From Octopus vulgaris (lineage: Eukaryota): a DNA stretch of 64,000 bases. This document shows positions 27,899 to 40,242 of this stretch, one piece after another (positions within the stretch are counted from its first letter, which is position 1; the number at the start of each line of letters is the position of its first letter). Made by a program: the position numbers and the translations under genes. The DNA is taken from NCBI GenBank assembly GCA_951406725.2, contig OX597827.1, positions 79,856,001 to 79,920,000 on the forward strand. Direction: 5' to 3'. The notes under the pieces are model-generated. The model did not search any database. It was not told the origin of the DNA and was given only the letters and a program-made list of their open reading frames with translations.

Positions 27899-28775
27899 CA
27901 CACAAAGTAAGTTAGGGGCTATGGGTGTAACCCACTAAGGGATAAATGATTTCAATAATTTATATTATGATTTTTATAATTTGTATTCTTATCTTATATG
28001 TATTGAATTATAAAATATATATGTATGCTATTAAGGTTCTCATTTTGTTAAATGAATGAATAATCCAACATTCTAATATCCGAAAGTTGATGAACCAACT
28101 AAATTTGTTTCTCCATTTTCTTATTTGTATTATATATATATATATATATATCATACATACATACCAACACTTGGCTTCAGCACAGTTTCCATCAGCCAAC
28201 TTCCCACTTGCAAGGCTATGATAGAAAGCACAAACCATTTGCCCAAGATGGCACACATTAGGCTTTTATGTGGAACCACAGGGTTGCAAACGTCTTAGCC
28301 ACACATCCAGTTGAATAAAACTATTTCAGAATTCATTACAACCAACAGTAAGGAAAGTGTTTGTATTTGAAAGTTTGCTTTCATGCCGTCCAATCATACA
28401 TGACTATACATTATATGTGAAGCAAAGTTTCTCCAATTCCCATATTTGCAGTGGTCTGTATTAAGTAACAAGAGAAGCCATTTAATAATGTCAGAATGAT
28501 TTATCAGGATTAGCAGTAAATCATCATAATATAGGCCTTGCAAAAGAGAAAAACTACAAACTACCATACACTTAATTTCTTTCTTTTTTGAACTTTTAAT
28601 ATAGTAAATAAAAACATGTCTACTGCAGTCTCAGGCTGATCAATAAATGGTGAGGGAAATTTGGGAGATGTAAACTGTGCAGAACCCAGTCTTTTATGTG
28701 TGAGTGAAGCAGATGTATATGTGCATGTATGAATCCATACATACACACAAGTGTTCATTCATGTATGTATGTGTA

Positions 28776-28834
<59 letters not shown>

Positions 28835-28934
28835 ATATTTCGGGATGGTCATTTTTCTTTTTCCCAAATAAACACATGCAATATGTATATATTTTTCTTC
28901 ACTTGTTTATTACTGTTCTTATTTTAATTGATGT

Positions 28935-28986
28935 CCATTGTCCAGAAATTTTTCGTCACAGATCTGTGACCTCTTCAGCAACACTT
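28935..28986 (-). ncRNA. Minimal hammerhead ribozyme motif inside an inverted-repeat element (about 28830-29096)
   Basis: Minus strand reads tgttg-CTGAAGA-G-GTCACA-gatc-TGTGAC-GAAA-AATT-T-C-tggaca: canonical core, UUC site, weak stem I. Confidence 0.6.
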
Positions 28987-29153
28987 TTCATTTCCTTGTG
29001 TGCTCTTGCTCCACTTGGAGTAAGTGGAGAAAAGATATATATAGTGCATGTGTTTATTTGGGAAGGAAAAAAAAATGATCATTCCAAAATACAACATCTT
29101 TTTCAACACACGATTTCACATCAGGAATCTTGCAACACAAATTGATAAATATG

Positions 29154-29190
<37 letters not shown>

Positions 29191-29196
29191 ATGTAT

Positions 29197-29382
29197 GGGG
29201 AGAATTCACAAAAAAAACAAAAGAGAAGACAGGTGGTGTAGACAACAAACAGATGTATTAGTTTAACGCTCGGGAAGTGAAAAGTCTTTAACGTTTCGAG
29301 CCTACGCTCTTCCACAGAATGGAACACAGAAGGAAACAAGGAGAGAAAATAAAGAATTTGCAGTGGCTAGCGATCTATCATG
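29197..29382 (-). repeat. ~190-bp (TA)n-associated repeat with hammerhead-like core, copy 2
   Basis: ggggagaattcac...acgtttcgagcctacgctcttccacagaa...gatctatcatgg; same family as 27581. Confidence 0.7.
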
Positions 29383-29390
29383 GATATATG

Positions 29391-29429
<39 letters not shown>

Positions 29430-29536
29430 TCATCGTTTAACGTCCGTTTTCCATGCTAGCATGGGTTATGTATATGTATGCATGTGTGTGTGCACATGTT
29501 GATACACACACACACATACATGTTTATATATACATA

Positions 29537-29567
<31 letters not shown>

Positions 29568-29581
29568 GTGTATTAATATTT

Positions 29582-29685
29582 ATACTATACAGTATTTTAG
29601 ATCCATTTCAGCTGATTTTGCCCATCAGTTTCTTACTCAAGTTCAGTAAAATCAGCTGAAATGGATCTAAAATACTGTATAGTAT
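29582..29685. repeat. Inverted repeat with ~38-bp arms (Penelope-like or MITE remnant)
   Basis: atactatacagtattttagatccatttcagctgatttt / aaaatcagctgaaatggatctaaaatactgtatagtat; decayed CTGATGG...GAAA on the minus strand. Confidence 0.65.
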
Positions 29686-30659
29686 CAATATTCATATATC
29701 AACTCTACAATATTCACAACTATATGTGTGTTTGTTTTCTCTGACTTATGGAGTTTTAGGCAACTCTTAAGCAACTATATATATGTATATATGTGTGTGT
29801 ATGTGCTTTATACACACACACACACACACTGAGGAACATCCCAATTACTGCAGGTAGTTTGTTTGTGCCACAAGACCATTGCAGTATTCACCTCTGGTTT
29901 TTATCAATTAATCATGTAATCAGTTAACTGGTTAGTAAATTATTTAATTAATTGATTGATTGGTTTGTCAATTTCCTTCCTTCAAATCTGTGACTTAATT
30001 GATCATGGTGTCTCCCTCCTACTCCCTCTTGCACCATCACATGCTCCTCGTTCTTTCCTCTTTGCTGTGTGTCTTATTAGTAAATTGTGTTTAGCTATTT
30101 GTATTTAGGTTGTGTGTGTGTGGATGAGTGCACATGAGAGGCGTTTTAAGTGGGGTAGTGGTGGTGGTGGTGTGCTTATAAAACTGGATGTCTACATGTG
30201 TGTGACCATGTGGTTGAGAAGCTTGCTTGATTTTGGGTTCAATCCCACTGCATGGCACCTTGGGCAAGTCTCTCTACTATAGCATCAGACTGACTAAACC
30301 CTAGTGAGTGAATTTGGTAGACAAACTGAAAGAAGCTCATTGTGTATATATGTGTATATATGTATATATGCATGTGTTTGTGTGCACACTTGACTTGACA
30401 TCTATGTGCATCATCATCATCATCAAAATGTTGTTTGATTCCAGTCATCCACTGAGAACATTCCTCGACATGGAGAAATATGAAATTATTTGGAAACAGG
30501 CAAAGGTTGGCAATAGAAATGGCATCCGGTTGTAGAAAATCTACAACAACACATTCTAGCTGACCCATCATGCAAGCATAGAAAAGTGGATGTTAAAGGA
30601 CGATGATGATAATGACACACACACGTACGCACGCATGCACACACACACACATGTGGCCA

Positions 30660-30860
30660 TGCAAGAGAGAAGGCTATGATGGCTTAGACATTGTATGGAT
30701 ATGGATACGAACAAAGACAGCTGTATAAAGATGTGCTGATTGCTTAAAGTGGCTGGACCCTGCAGAAGAGGGAGACCCAGGAAGAGATGGGATGAAGTAG
30801 TGAGACCTGATCTCTAGATGTTGAGTCACAAAGGAAATGACATTCTTGAGAAGACCCCCC
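30660..30860 (+). mobile_element. RTE LINE C-terminal remnant
   Basis: QERRL*WLRH..SCIK..GPCRRGRPRKRWDEVVRPDL. Confidence 0.7.
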
Positions 30861-32462
30861 CCCCTGGAAAACTGAGTTCTGGGAGTGCTATGTATTCCCC
30901 CCCCCACACACATAACATTAATTCCCATACCCCACCCCAATGAACCAAACTACTTCTCTTCAGGCACACTACTTGTCTTTTCTACCCTGCTTCTGCAGAC
31001 ACCCCCCTGCCTCTCCAGTCCTCCTGCTGCTTCCCTATATACCCATGTTCACCACTCACTACATTCCCCTTCCCCTCTTCTCTCCCCCTTTGCACTCTCA
31101 TAAACTCCCAGCTTTTGCATCCTGTCTAATCCTCTTCCACTCCACTTACATCCCCCCCCCTGGCACATCACCACTTTCTCCCTTGCTCTCTCTTTCTCTC
31201 TCTATCTCTCTCTTTGTGTCTGACTGGGGTAACCATATATCTTCTCTATGGCAAGACATCTGTTTCTGCCCTCATTCATAGTTTAGCCTCTCATCACCTG
31301 GTGGTACAAAACCACTTCCCCCCCAATACCACTCCCCTTCTCAATCCAGGGGTCTTTATCTTGTAAGTTACTTGGTGACCTCACCAGTGCTGGTGCCACA
31401 TGAAAAGCAGCCAGTCCACACTCTGTAAAGTAGTTGGCATTAGGAAGGACATTCAGCCATGGAAACTATACTGAAGCTAACTGTAGAACTTGGTGCAGTC
31501 TGCTGACTCACCAGCTCCTGTCAAACTGTCCGACACATGCCAGCATCATAAACAGATATTAAATGATGATGATGTATAGTTTGATGACAATCATACTAAC
31601 ACACAAGGCTTCTGACAGTTTCCTACTTATCTTACTATTTTCATATAGTTAAGTAATACTCATTTTTTGATTACATGTGTGAGTGAGTGTGTGTGTGTTA
31701 GAATCAGATGGAAAAAAACATATTACAGAAATAGGTTAATTTCAGATATTTGTCACTTTAATAGTTAATAAGATACAAAACTTGATCCCATTTGGAGACC
31801 AAACTTTCTTTTTGCTTTCATTCATTAGTCCTTTCAACAATATTGTATCAAATATTTTTTCTGGGTAAGTAACTAAATGAAAGAACATGGAATATAGCTC
31901 GACTTGACACATAATTATTCTTTAGGAGATACAATTTTCAAAGATGCCTGTCTTCCCTTTTGGTGATATAACTAGTTGGTCTGTAGATCTTTCTAAGTAG
32001 GATGCTCTGTGAAACGGGCAGGAAAACTCAATGATGCTATATAGAACTGTTGGCTTGTAATGCGAGGCAGAGCCCATTTACTTAGTGATAGTTATTTAAT
32101 CTAAGTTAACTGAAAAGATTATACAATTATTTTTCCCTTACTGTTCGCCTGCAAGGTATATGTGTCAGAGAAGTCAAGTTAGAAGATAGTCTATAGAAAG
32201 AAATTATGGGCTTCGTCTCAATGGAAGCTGATTTGATCAGTGAGATAGACAGGTAGACAGAACACTTGGCATCTATCCTAATCTTCTTTGACAGTTTAAT
32301 TAACAGTGAATTCTGTGTATAATAGACACTGTCTACATCATAAAATCTATTGGTTTTATTATTATCAATCTAATGTTTTGTTCATTTAACAAGATGTTAC
32401 TACAGTAGGATAGCATTTCAGGTGATACAGAGTTATTAAATGGTTTAGTCTGAAATTACTAG

Positions 32463-32520
<58 letters not shown>

Positions 32521-34003
32521 TATGTGTATACAGACACACACATTATTGGATTTTATTCTGAAGATGTTATTTGTTATCAGGATTTTGATAATTTTCTCTG
32601 TCTGAAAAATACTGTAGAACACAATGGCAGCAATCACTGCCTACCGTGAACATACAATAAAAATGCTACCAGCCAATATCCAGTGGTACTAGAAACTAAT
32701 TGCTATTTTAACGATAAGAAAACAAACTATTCAGATTCCACATAAATAGAGAGAATAATGGGCCCAAGAGGACTGGTTCAATACTATTCTTCTCAGTAAG
32801 AGAGAAAAATAACATGAATTGCCAAGATAATCAACGTTTGTGGGAAGAGTTTCATTTTCGAGAAATTGATGTAATAAAGTTATCAAATGATTAGAAGTTG
32901 AAAACATTGCTGTCACTCGAGAGATTTGAAGTCATTTGAAATTACTCAGGTCACCATCAACATCTTCTTCACTTTCCCAGTCATATTCAGTGTTTGACTG
33001 AGATATTTTACAATTGTTCCTTACTGTCTGCTTCTATAACAGCTCAGATGCTATTTTGGAGGCAGTTAGGATCTGATTTCTTATATTTGCAAACAGACAC
33101 TATTTAAGGACACTCCAACTATTCAACACTGATATGAGATGCTGGAAGAAAAAAGGAAAATAGTTTTGTGATGGTTTTCATATATGTATATATGTGCATG
33201 TGTACTTGTGTCTGTATGTGTGTGTGTGTTATTAGTTATCAGTTTAAACTGATGTTGAGTGTGTCTGAAAAGGCTGGACAAGAAGTTGAGGGACAAAAAG
33301 GATATATTCACAATAACCCTACCCTCCCTGGCAGCATAAAGAAACAGGTTTGGAGGAAGAGAAGAGAGAGAGGAAATGTACTGGGGTAAAAGATCAGAAC
33401 AAGGAATTATTAAGAATTGGTTGAAAAATATATTTGAAGAATTGGTTTGCAGTGAAGAACTGGAATTATTAGGATGGGTCAAAAATATAGACAGAATGGA
33501 GGCAGAAATGTATAAGAATCTATGACAAACTCTAAGGATATTAATATAGGACATTTGTCATTCAGCTGGTACACTTGTTGCAATGGCTGTATGTATTATA
33601 CAAACATGCACACACTGACATACACACACACATGTAGAAACATACCTACATGCATCTCTGTATATTTAGATATATAAATATGTGTGTGCGTGTGTGTGTG
33701 TGTACACAGAAAAATAGATTAGAGCTTGATATGCTCAATATAGAAAATGCAGAGTGGTACTCGAATGAGTTTCAACTTAAACTCCAAATTCTTCATCAAG
33801 GACTAGGTCCATGGAGCCAAGCGTGGCTATAGAGAAATCCAAGATGAGTTTCTATGGAGATAGAGATGCAAATAAAAACAATTAGGCTTCACACACACTC
33901 TCTTCTTAGTATTCTATATTTTTTATGCTCAATGTAAATATATTTATATATGTGATTATCTTTTTTAATATACATAGATACATGTGTTTGTGTGTGTGTA
34001 TAT

Positions 34004-34004
<1 letters not shown>

Positions 34005-34048
<44 letters not shown>

Positions 34049-34317
34049 GTTTAACGTCCGTTCTCCATGCTAGCATGGGTTGGACGGTTCGACCGGGGAT
34101 CTGGGAAGCCAGAAGGCTGCACCAGGCTCCAGTCTTATCTGGCAGTGTTTCTACAGCTGGATGCCCTTCCTAACGCCAACCACTCCGTGAGTGTAGTGGG
34201 TGCTTTTTACGTGCCACCTGTACAGGTGCCAGGCGAGGCTGGCAACGGCCACGGTCGGATTGGTGTATTTTATGTGCCACCGGCACGGAAGCCAGACGAG
34301 GCGGTGCTGGCATCGGC

Positions 34318-34320
<3 letters not shown>
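34005..34320 (-). mobile_element. SINE with (GAT)n tail and RTE-like 3' end (copies at about 7993-8545, 22035-22400, 35877-36088, 61255-61480; opposite strand at 14400-14750, 23890-24120, 31345-31575)
   Basis: Recurrent (cat)n-cgtttaacgtccgttttccatgctagcatgggttggacggtt...ctacagctggatgcccttcctaacgccaaccactcc. Confidence 0.85.
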
Positions 34321-34364
<44 letters not shown>

Positions 34365-34480
34365 GTCAGTCCTAATTGTATTTATCTGCACTACTACTTC
34401 TATATGTACGATATATATAATATTTATATAAGAAAAATACAGGGTTTGAACACAGAAAAAATTTATTTATTTATATGATA

Positions 34481-34594
34481 GACAATTTCATATCACCTAC
34501 GTATGTTTCAATTTCTTACTTTCGTTCATATTTTGCAATTAAGATTGCATTATGCATTTACAAGGTAAAAATCTCATCAGGGCAAAAAATTGAC
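34481..34594 (-). other. Degenerate hammerhead motif with extended stem II
   Basis: CTGATGA (34580-34574) ... GAAAC (34509-34505) then near-palindromic ACATACGTAGGT. caattt/aaattg forms stem I, but position 17 is G (not cleavable). Confidence 0.35.
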
Positions 34595-34643
34595 AAAAAA
34601 TTAATTCCCATTCTAATGGATGGAGAGTTGCTTACCAACTCTA

Positions 34644-34681
<38 letters not shown>

Positions 34682-34692
34682 TAATACATATA

Positions 34693-34800
34693 GGGGGAGA
34701 ATTCACAACAAAAGCAAAAGACGAAGACAGGTGGTGTAGAAAACAAACAAATGTATTAGTATAACGCTCGGGAATTCAAAAAGTTTTTTGACGTTTCGAG
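34693..34800 (-). repeat. Truncated copy 3 of the same family
   Basis: ggggagaattcac...gacgtttcgag, broken inside the hammerhead-like core by an adjacent SINE. Confidence 0.65.
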
Positions 34801-35294
34801 TTTTATCGTATACTTATTCCAGTCATTAGAATGTGGCCATGCTGGGGCACTGCCTTGAGGAATTCTAATCAAATTAATTAACACCAGTACATATTTTCTT
34901 TTTAAGCCTGGTACTTATTCTATTGGACTCTTTTGCTGAACCACTAAGTTATGGGGATGTAAACACACCAACACATTTGTCAAGGGGTACTAGGGGACAA
35001 ACATCCCCCCACACATGTATATACAATGGGCATCTTTTAGTTTCCTACAACCAAATCTACTCACAAAGGCTCTATTTTTGCTGGGGCTTACTCCTGAAGG
35101 CATTGTGGGGTTGGAAGGAAACTGTCAACACTGAGTAACCTATACACATTTACTTTCATCTGTACCTGTTTTCACTGATATGTGCAAGGATCCATTACAC
35201 CCAGGTATGTGCTAGGAAAAATACTTTTCTTTTTTTTTTTCGCAGGGGTCAACCACAATCCCCTGCATACTCTCACGCCCTGCTGAAGTCCACA

Positions 35295-37145
35295 AACTTA
35301 AAACAGCCACAATCAGTGTCAGCAACATGAAAGGTAGTTCTGGTGAGATTGTTGAAATGCTTGAGTGAAGAAATGTGAGTGCCTACTGTGTGCAAGAGGT
35401 ATGATGGCAAGGTGCCTCAGCTCGACCACTGTAGATATGAATTCTTCTGGATAGGGAGTAGTGATGGGATGGGTGGGATAGGTATACTTATGGCAGAGAA
35501 ATGGATAGATAAGTTATTGAGATAATCAGGGTATGTGATAGGATTATCAAGCTAAGAATCACTTGTATAATGTAACAATGATATTTATCTCTGCATATGC
35601 TCCACATGCTGGACTAACTGATGAACAGGACTGTTTCTATGAGTCCCTTTAGCAGACTACCTCAACAACAAAGAAAATTTACCTTACTGTTGTAGCTTGC
35701 AACTACAATAGACATGTTGGGCAACACAGCTCCTGGAATTCTGTGATTCAAATGACTTGCTGGTCTGCAGCACTAATGTCAGAAAACCAGCCAGCCATCT
35801 TGTCATTTATCAGTCTGGTGAGCGCTTAAGCCAGATTGATTACATCGTCACTGGAAACAGGGATAGACAGATGCTTCATCATCATCATCATCATCATTTA
35901 GCGTCCGTTTTCCATGCTAGCATGGGTTGGACGGTTCAACTGGAGTCTGGGAAGCCAGAAGGCTGCACCAGGCCCAGTCTGATCTGGCAGAGTTTCTACA
36001 GCTGGATGCCCTTCCTAACGCCAACCACTCCGTGAGTGTAGTGGGTGCCTTTTACGTGCCACCCGCACAGGTGCCAGACGGGGCTGGCAAACAGCTTATA
36101 AATGCAAAATCATTTCCCAGTGAGGAATATACAACTCAACTTAGGTTAGTGGTTAGTGATTTCAGACTTGGTGCTAGATGGACACAGAGACACAAACTGG
36201 TCTGGAAAAGGAAGTTATGGATGCTGCAAGATCCATCAAACAGTCAGAAGTTTAGAGACATTCTGATTAGAACATTTGAGGAGAAAGAGGAGGAGGTTGA
36301 GACATGTAATGGAGAGACAACTGAAAGTTCTTATGAGACAACCGTTTAAAGATTTAAATTTGTGGCTGAGTCAAAGACTCTGCTAGATGGAAAATGACCA
36401 GTTGATGGAATAGTGAGGTTGATAGGACCATAAAAGCCAAGGGACGGACTTGGAAAGATTGGAGAAATGGAGGCAGCAAAAAGCTATACAAGATAGCCAA
36501 GAGGGAAGCTAGGCAACAGGTCTATCTAGCCAGGGCAGAAGCAGAAAGCTGGAGGTTTGCCAATGTCTTACAGTGTGAAGATCAGAGACTTAAGGTGTTC
36601 CAAATTGCTAGACAATGGGTTAGAGAGAACTGAGAATTTGTGGGAGAGAAGTGTGTACATATGGATAATGGTATGCTTGCACTTAGTGATGCAGGCAAGA
36701 AAGAAGTGTGGAAGTGCTACTCTGAGAGTCTATTAAATGTGGAGAATGTATGAAAGAAAGGGGATCTCCTCTATGTGAACCTAATAGAGGGACCAGCTAT
36801 TTGTGTTGACAGCTGTATGATAGATAAGTCAATTGAGAACATGAAGACAGAATGTCCTTGGCCCATCAGGAGTCACCGCTGAAATGCTTCAAATACCTGA
36901 TGGAGTAGGATACAGTCTAGACACCCATATAATTAATCAGGTTACTCAGGAAAGTGTCATCCCCAATGACCGGTGTAGCAGTATTATAGTCAGCTGCTAG
37001 AAGGGCAAGGGCGATGCCTTAGATAGAAATGATTACAGAAACCTCAAGATTTTTGGACCACATCATGAAAGTTATGGAAAGAGTTATAGCCCAGTTAATT
37101 AGAAGCAAAAACAGATTAGATGAAATACAATTTGACTCTCACCAG
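35295..37145 (+). mobile_element. RTE-clade LINE remnant (APE endonuclease + RT N-terminus) with nested SINE
   Basis: CVQEV, GGIGIL, ISAYAP, SQIDYI, QLRLVVSDF, GPSGVTAEML, KGKGDALDRNDYR, MKVMERVI; many stops; SINE at 35877-36088. Confidence 0.9.
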
Positions 37146-37327
37146 ATGGAGTGCTCTCTTTGTTGAATTATTATACCACATTATATTTTATATATATATA
37201 AAACATCTGTGTATCATATTTAAAGTATACCCATTACTGATAGGCCAGTTACTGCAGTATTACTTAGTCTGGAAACAAGAACGGTTTGGTGCCTGGAAGG
37301 GCATCCAGCTGCAGAAAACTCCATCTG

Positions 37328-37615
37328 GTGCAGGCATGGCTGTGTGGTTAAGAAGCTTGCTTTGCAACTACCTTGTTGTGGGTTCAGTCCCACTGTGTGG
37401 CACCTTGAGCAAGTATCTTCTATAGACCCAGGTCAACAAATGCCTTGTGAGTGAATTTAGTAGAAGGAAACTGTGTAGAAGCCTGTCGTGTGTGTGTGTG
37501 TGTAAATGTATGTATGCATGTGTGTATATATTTTTGTATGTGTGCGCTCATGTGCGGCTCCCACCACTGCCTGACAACTAGTGTTGGTTTGTTTATGTCC
37601 CCATTATTCAGCAGT
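37328..37615 (+). mobile_element. Diverged copy of the same SINE (further remnants near 19450, 28170, 30205, 34805, 54125, 54330)
   Basis: gtgcaggcatggctgtgtggttaagaagcttgc...tgccttgtgagtgaatttagtagaaggaaactg. Confidence 0.8.
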
Positions 37616-37726
37616 TATATAAACACACACATTTTTGTAGAGAGACAAATAGACAGGTAGACAGACAGATATTCACACAAACACCCACATACTTATATAT
37701 ATGCACACACACATATATGAAATGTA

Positions 37727-37758
<32 letters not shown>

Positions 37759-39759
37759 CATACACACACACACAGAGTTACCTAAATAAAACATGCGCAT
37801 ACAATGAATTACATCACACCTCTTGTATATTTGTATCCTCTGAATGTCTCACATTAAAAATACTGCAATTTAATCAGTAGATTCTTTTCTATTTATTAAT
37901 TTTACAAATGTTTTCAGTACAGAATCACTCAACACATTTTTCTTATAAAACGTCAATGACAAGAGCAGGGGGAATTACTTTTGGCTGCTAATATAGCAGC
38001 AGCTCATTTGAAAGCAGCACAGTTCAAGTCCTGTTTTAAAAGATAAAAATGTACTATTTTTTAAGTAAATTTATAACTCTGGACTTCATAGAACAGTAAA
38101 TTTATTTTTTTAATTGTGTTTTTCTGCCATCTTATAATTACAATGAACAATTTAATTTTCTTTAGAGGCAATTTTTAAAAATATTTTTCTATTTGAACAG
38201 CAGCATAGGAACATTTGCATTTGGATAATCACTCTAAGTTTTTGTCAATCCTATCTAATTTAGGATATTTAAATGGTAATTGGTTTATATTTATTGATAA
38301 AGTCAAACCACTCCACAATGTGTATTTTTATCCAAAAAAAAAAAAAATATCAAAAGATGATGAAAAATGTAACTTTCACATCAAGTTTTTTTTTTTCTCA
38401 CAATTATCAGATGGTTAACTTCCCATAAAGGATTCGTCTCTTTTTATTTATTCTTTATCTCATTAAATATTTGTCGTGGCATCATTATTATATTTTGTGT
38501 TAATTTACTTTATGTATTTCCATTAAATCAGGTTTATTAGATCAAAGCTATTTTTGGTGGAATTGGCTTCCTTAAAATCAAAGTCCTTTGCTGATTTTTA
38601 TTCTAGTAATACACTGGGGAGAAACCCAACCCACAACAGTTCACACCCTACTCTCTCACCACTAACCTAACATCCTCTCAACTATTTATCCATCTCCAAA
38701 CTTTTCTTTTGTTACACATTTCCTTCCATTTCTCCATTCTAGTCTTGATAGAATGGTTTATTGCAAACCATTTCAATTGAGTTGGAGAAAGTAGGTCTCT
38801 TTTAAGCATGAATCATTCAACCATGGAGTAGGAGTATCACTGTCTTTTAGTTTTGCAGATGGGGCAGGAGATAAGGTTGGACAAGTGTTCTGCTGATGAT
38901 ATATATTGAGGCAAAAAGGCACAACTGTCTTCTTATCTTCAGACAATGAGTTCTTCTTTTGCATTAATGGCATGTCAGTTTTGGAGATAATCTTGAGATT
39001 ATCTTCCCTTCTCATATGAAGCCAGGCTTAATTGCTGTTGGTAATTATAACTCATCTTATAGAGGCAAAAATAATTTTAATAAATCAAGAATTTATGTTT
39101 TATGGTATTTCATATACCTGTATTTGTGTAATGTGTACTGTCAGTGGCCATAACACAATGGCTATGGAAGCCCATGTTGGAGCCTCTATGTGGTTGCTCA
39201 ACCTACTAGAAATCTCTCATCACTTCCTAAGTAAGGAAAGGATGCCTTACACAGTGCTGTCCTCCATAACCTGCTGAAATGCTTTTAATCCCAGAGACTA
39301 GACAACAACCACTGATACAATGGCTAAGGAAGATTCCATATCTTTCATATAATCGTATCAGCTTTGTTCTTCATCACAAATACTGGAGTTGATTCTTACA
39401 TCTTAGAAGATATTACCAGACATCCAAGTGTTAGAAATCATTAAGTTGAGACATTAGTAAACAAACTATTTCAGAACTCTTTATCTTTTAATTGCCCCTG
39501 GATCCATAAAATGATATACTACAATATATAGTAACTCTACATCTTCTTTACAAAGGTATTCTTTCAGTTAAAATAAGCCTACACACTCTAAATAGATTAA
39601 GTTATAAAAATGAAATATTCACTATATTAGATTATTATTATTATTATTACGGAGATGTACTTGCATAGCGAGTGACTTGATCTGAGATCGTGTGCTGGAA
39701 TGAAAACAATTGCAGTGTGGAAGGTGTTTATAAGCCATTTAAGAAACACAGCACGAAGC

Positions 39760-39810
39760 TTTGTCAGTGAACAGGTTGCGGTCTGAAAGCGACGAAAATA
39801 TTTTGACAAA
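39760..39810 (+). ncRNA. Hammerhead-like ribozyme motif with G3-C8 core, between perfect 47-bp inverted repeats (39704-39750 / 39847-39893)
   Basis: TTTGTCA-GTGAACA-G-GTTGC-ggtctgaaa-GCGAC-GAAA-ATAT-T-T-TGACAAA: 7-bp stem I, 5-bp stem II and palindromic stem III. Confidence 0.6.
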
Positions 39811-39972
39811 TTAAATTTAAATGTTGAAGTGAATCTAACAGTTTTGTGTGTTTCTTAAATGGCTTATAAACACCTTCCACACTGCAATTGTTTAGATCAT
39901 TATTATTATTATTCTATGTTTGACTTCTGCTTTATATTTGTAGAAGTTGGCTCCAAGTCTCACCCAGAGACC

Positions 39973-40016
<44 letters not shown>

Positions 40017-40242
40017 GAGCTGGCGGAATCGTTAGCATGTCATACAAAATGCCTGGCAGCATTTCTTGTAGCTCTTTACATTCTGAGTTCAATTACCACT
40101 AAGGTCGACTTTACCTTTCATCCTTTTGAGGTCAATCAAATGAGTACCTGTCAAATACTGTGATTGATGTAATCAACTTGTCACCCTTTTCTAAAATTGA
40201 AACCATCATCATGATTATTATTATTATTATTATTATTACTAC

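Noticed and set aside
37979-38030. 52-nt exon candidate
   Set aside because: Weak donor (AAA|GTAATT) and a stop in phase 0; such sites are common by chance in AT-rich DNA.
38773-39015. ORF with KDSDTPTPWLNDSC resembling a DSG..W motif
   Set aside because: Better explained as a LINE linker motif (PWFNxSC); no splice sites.
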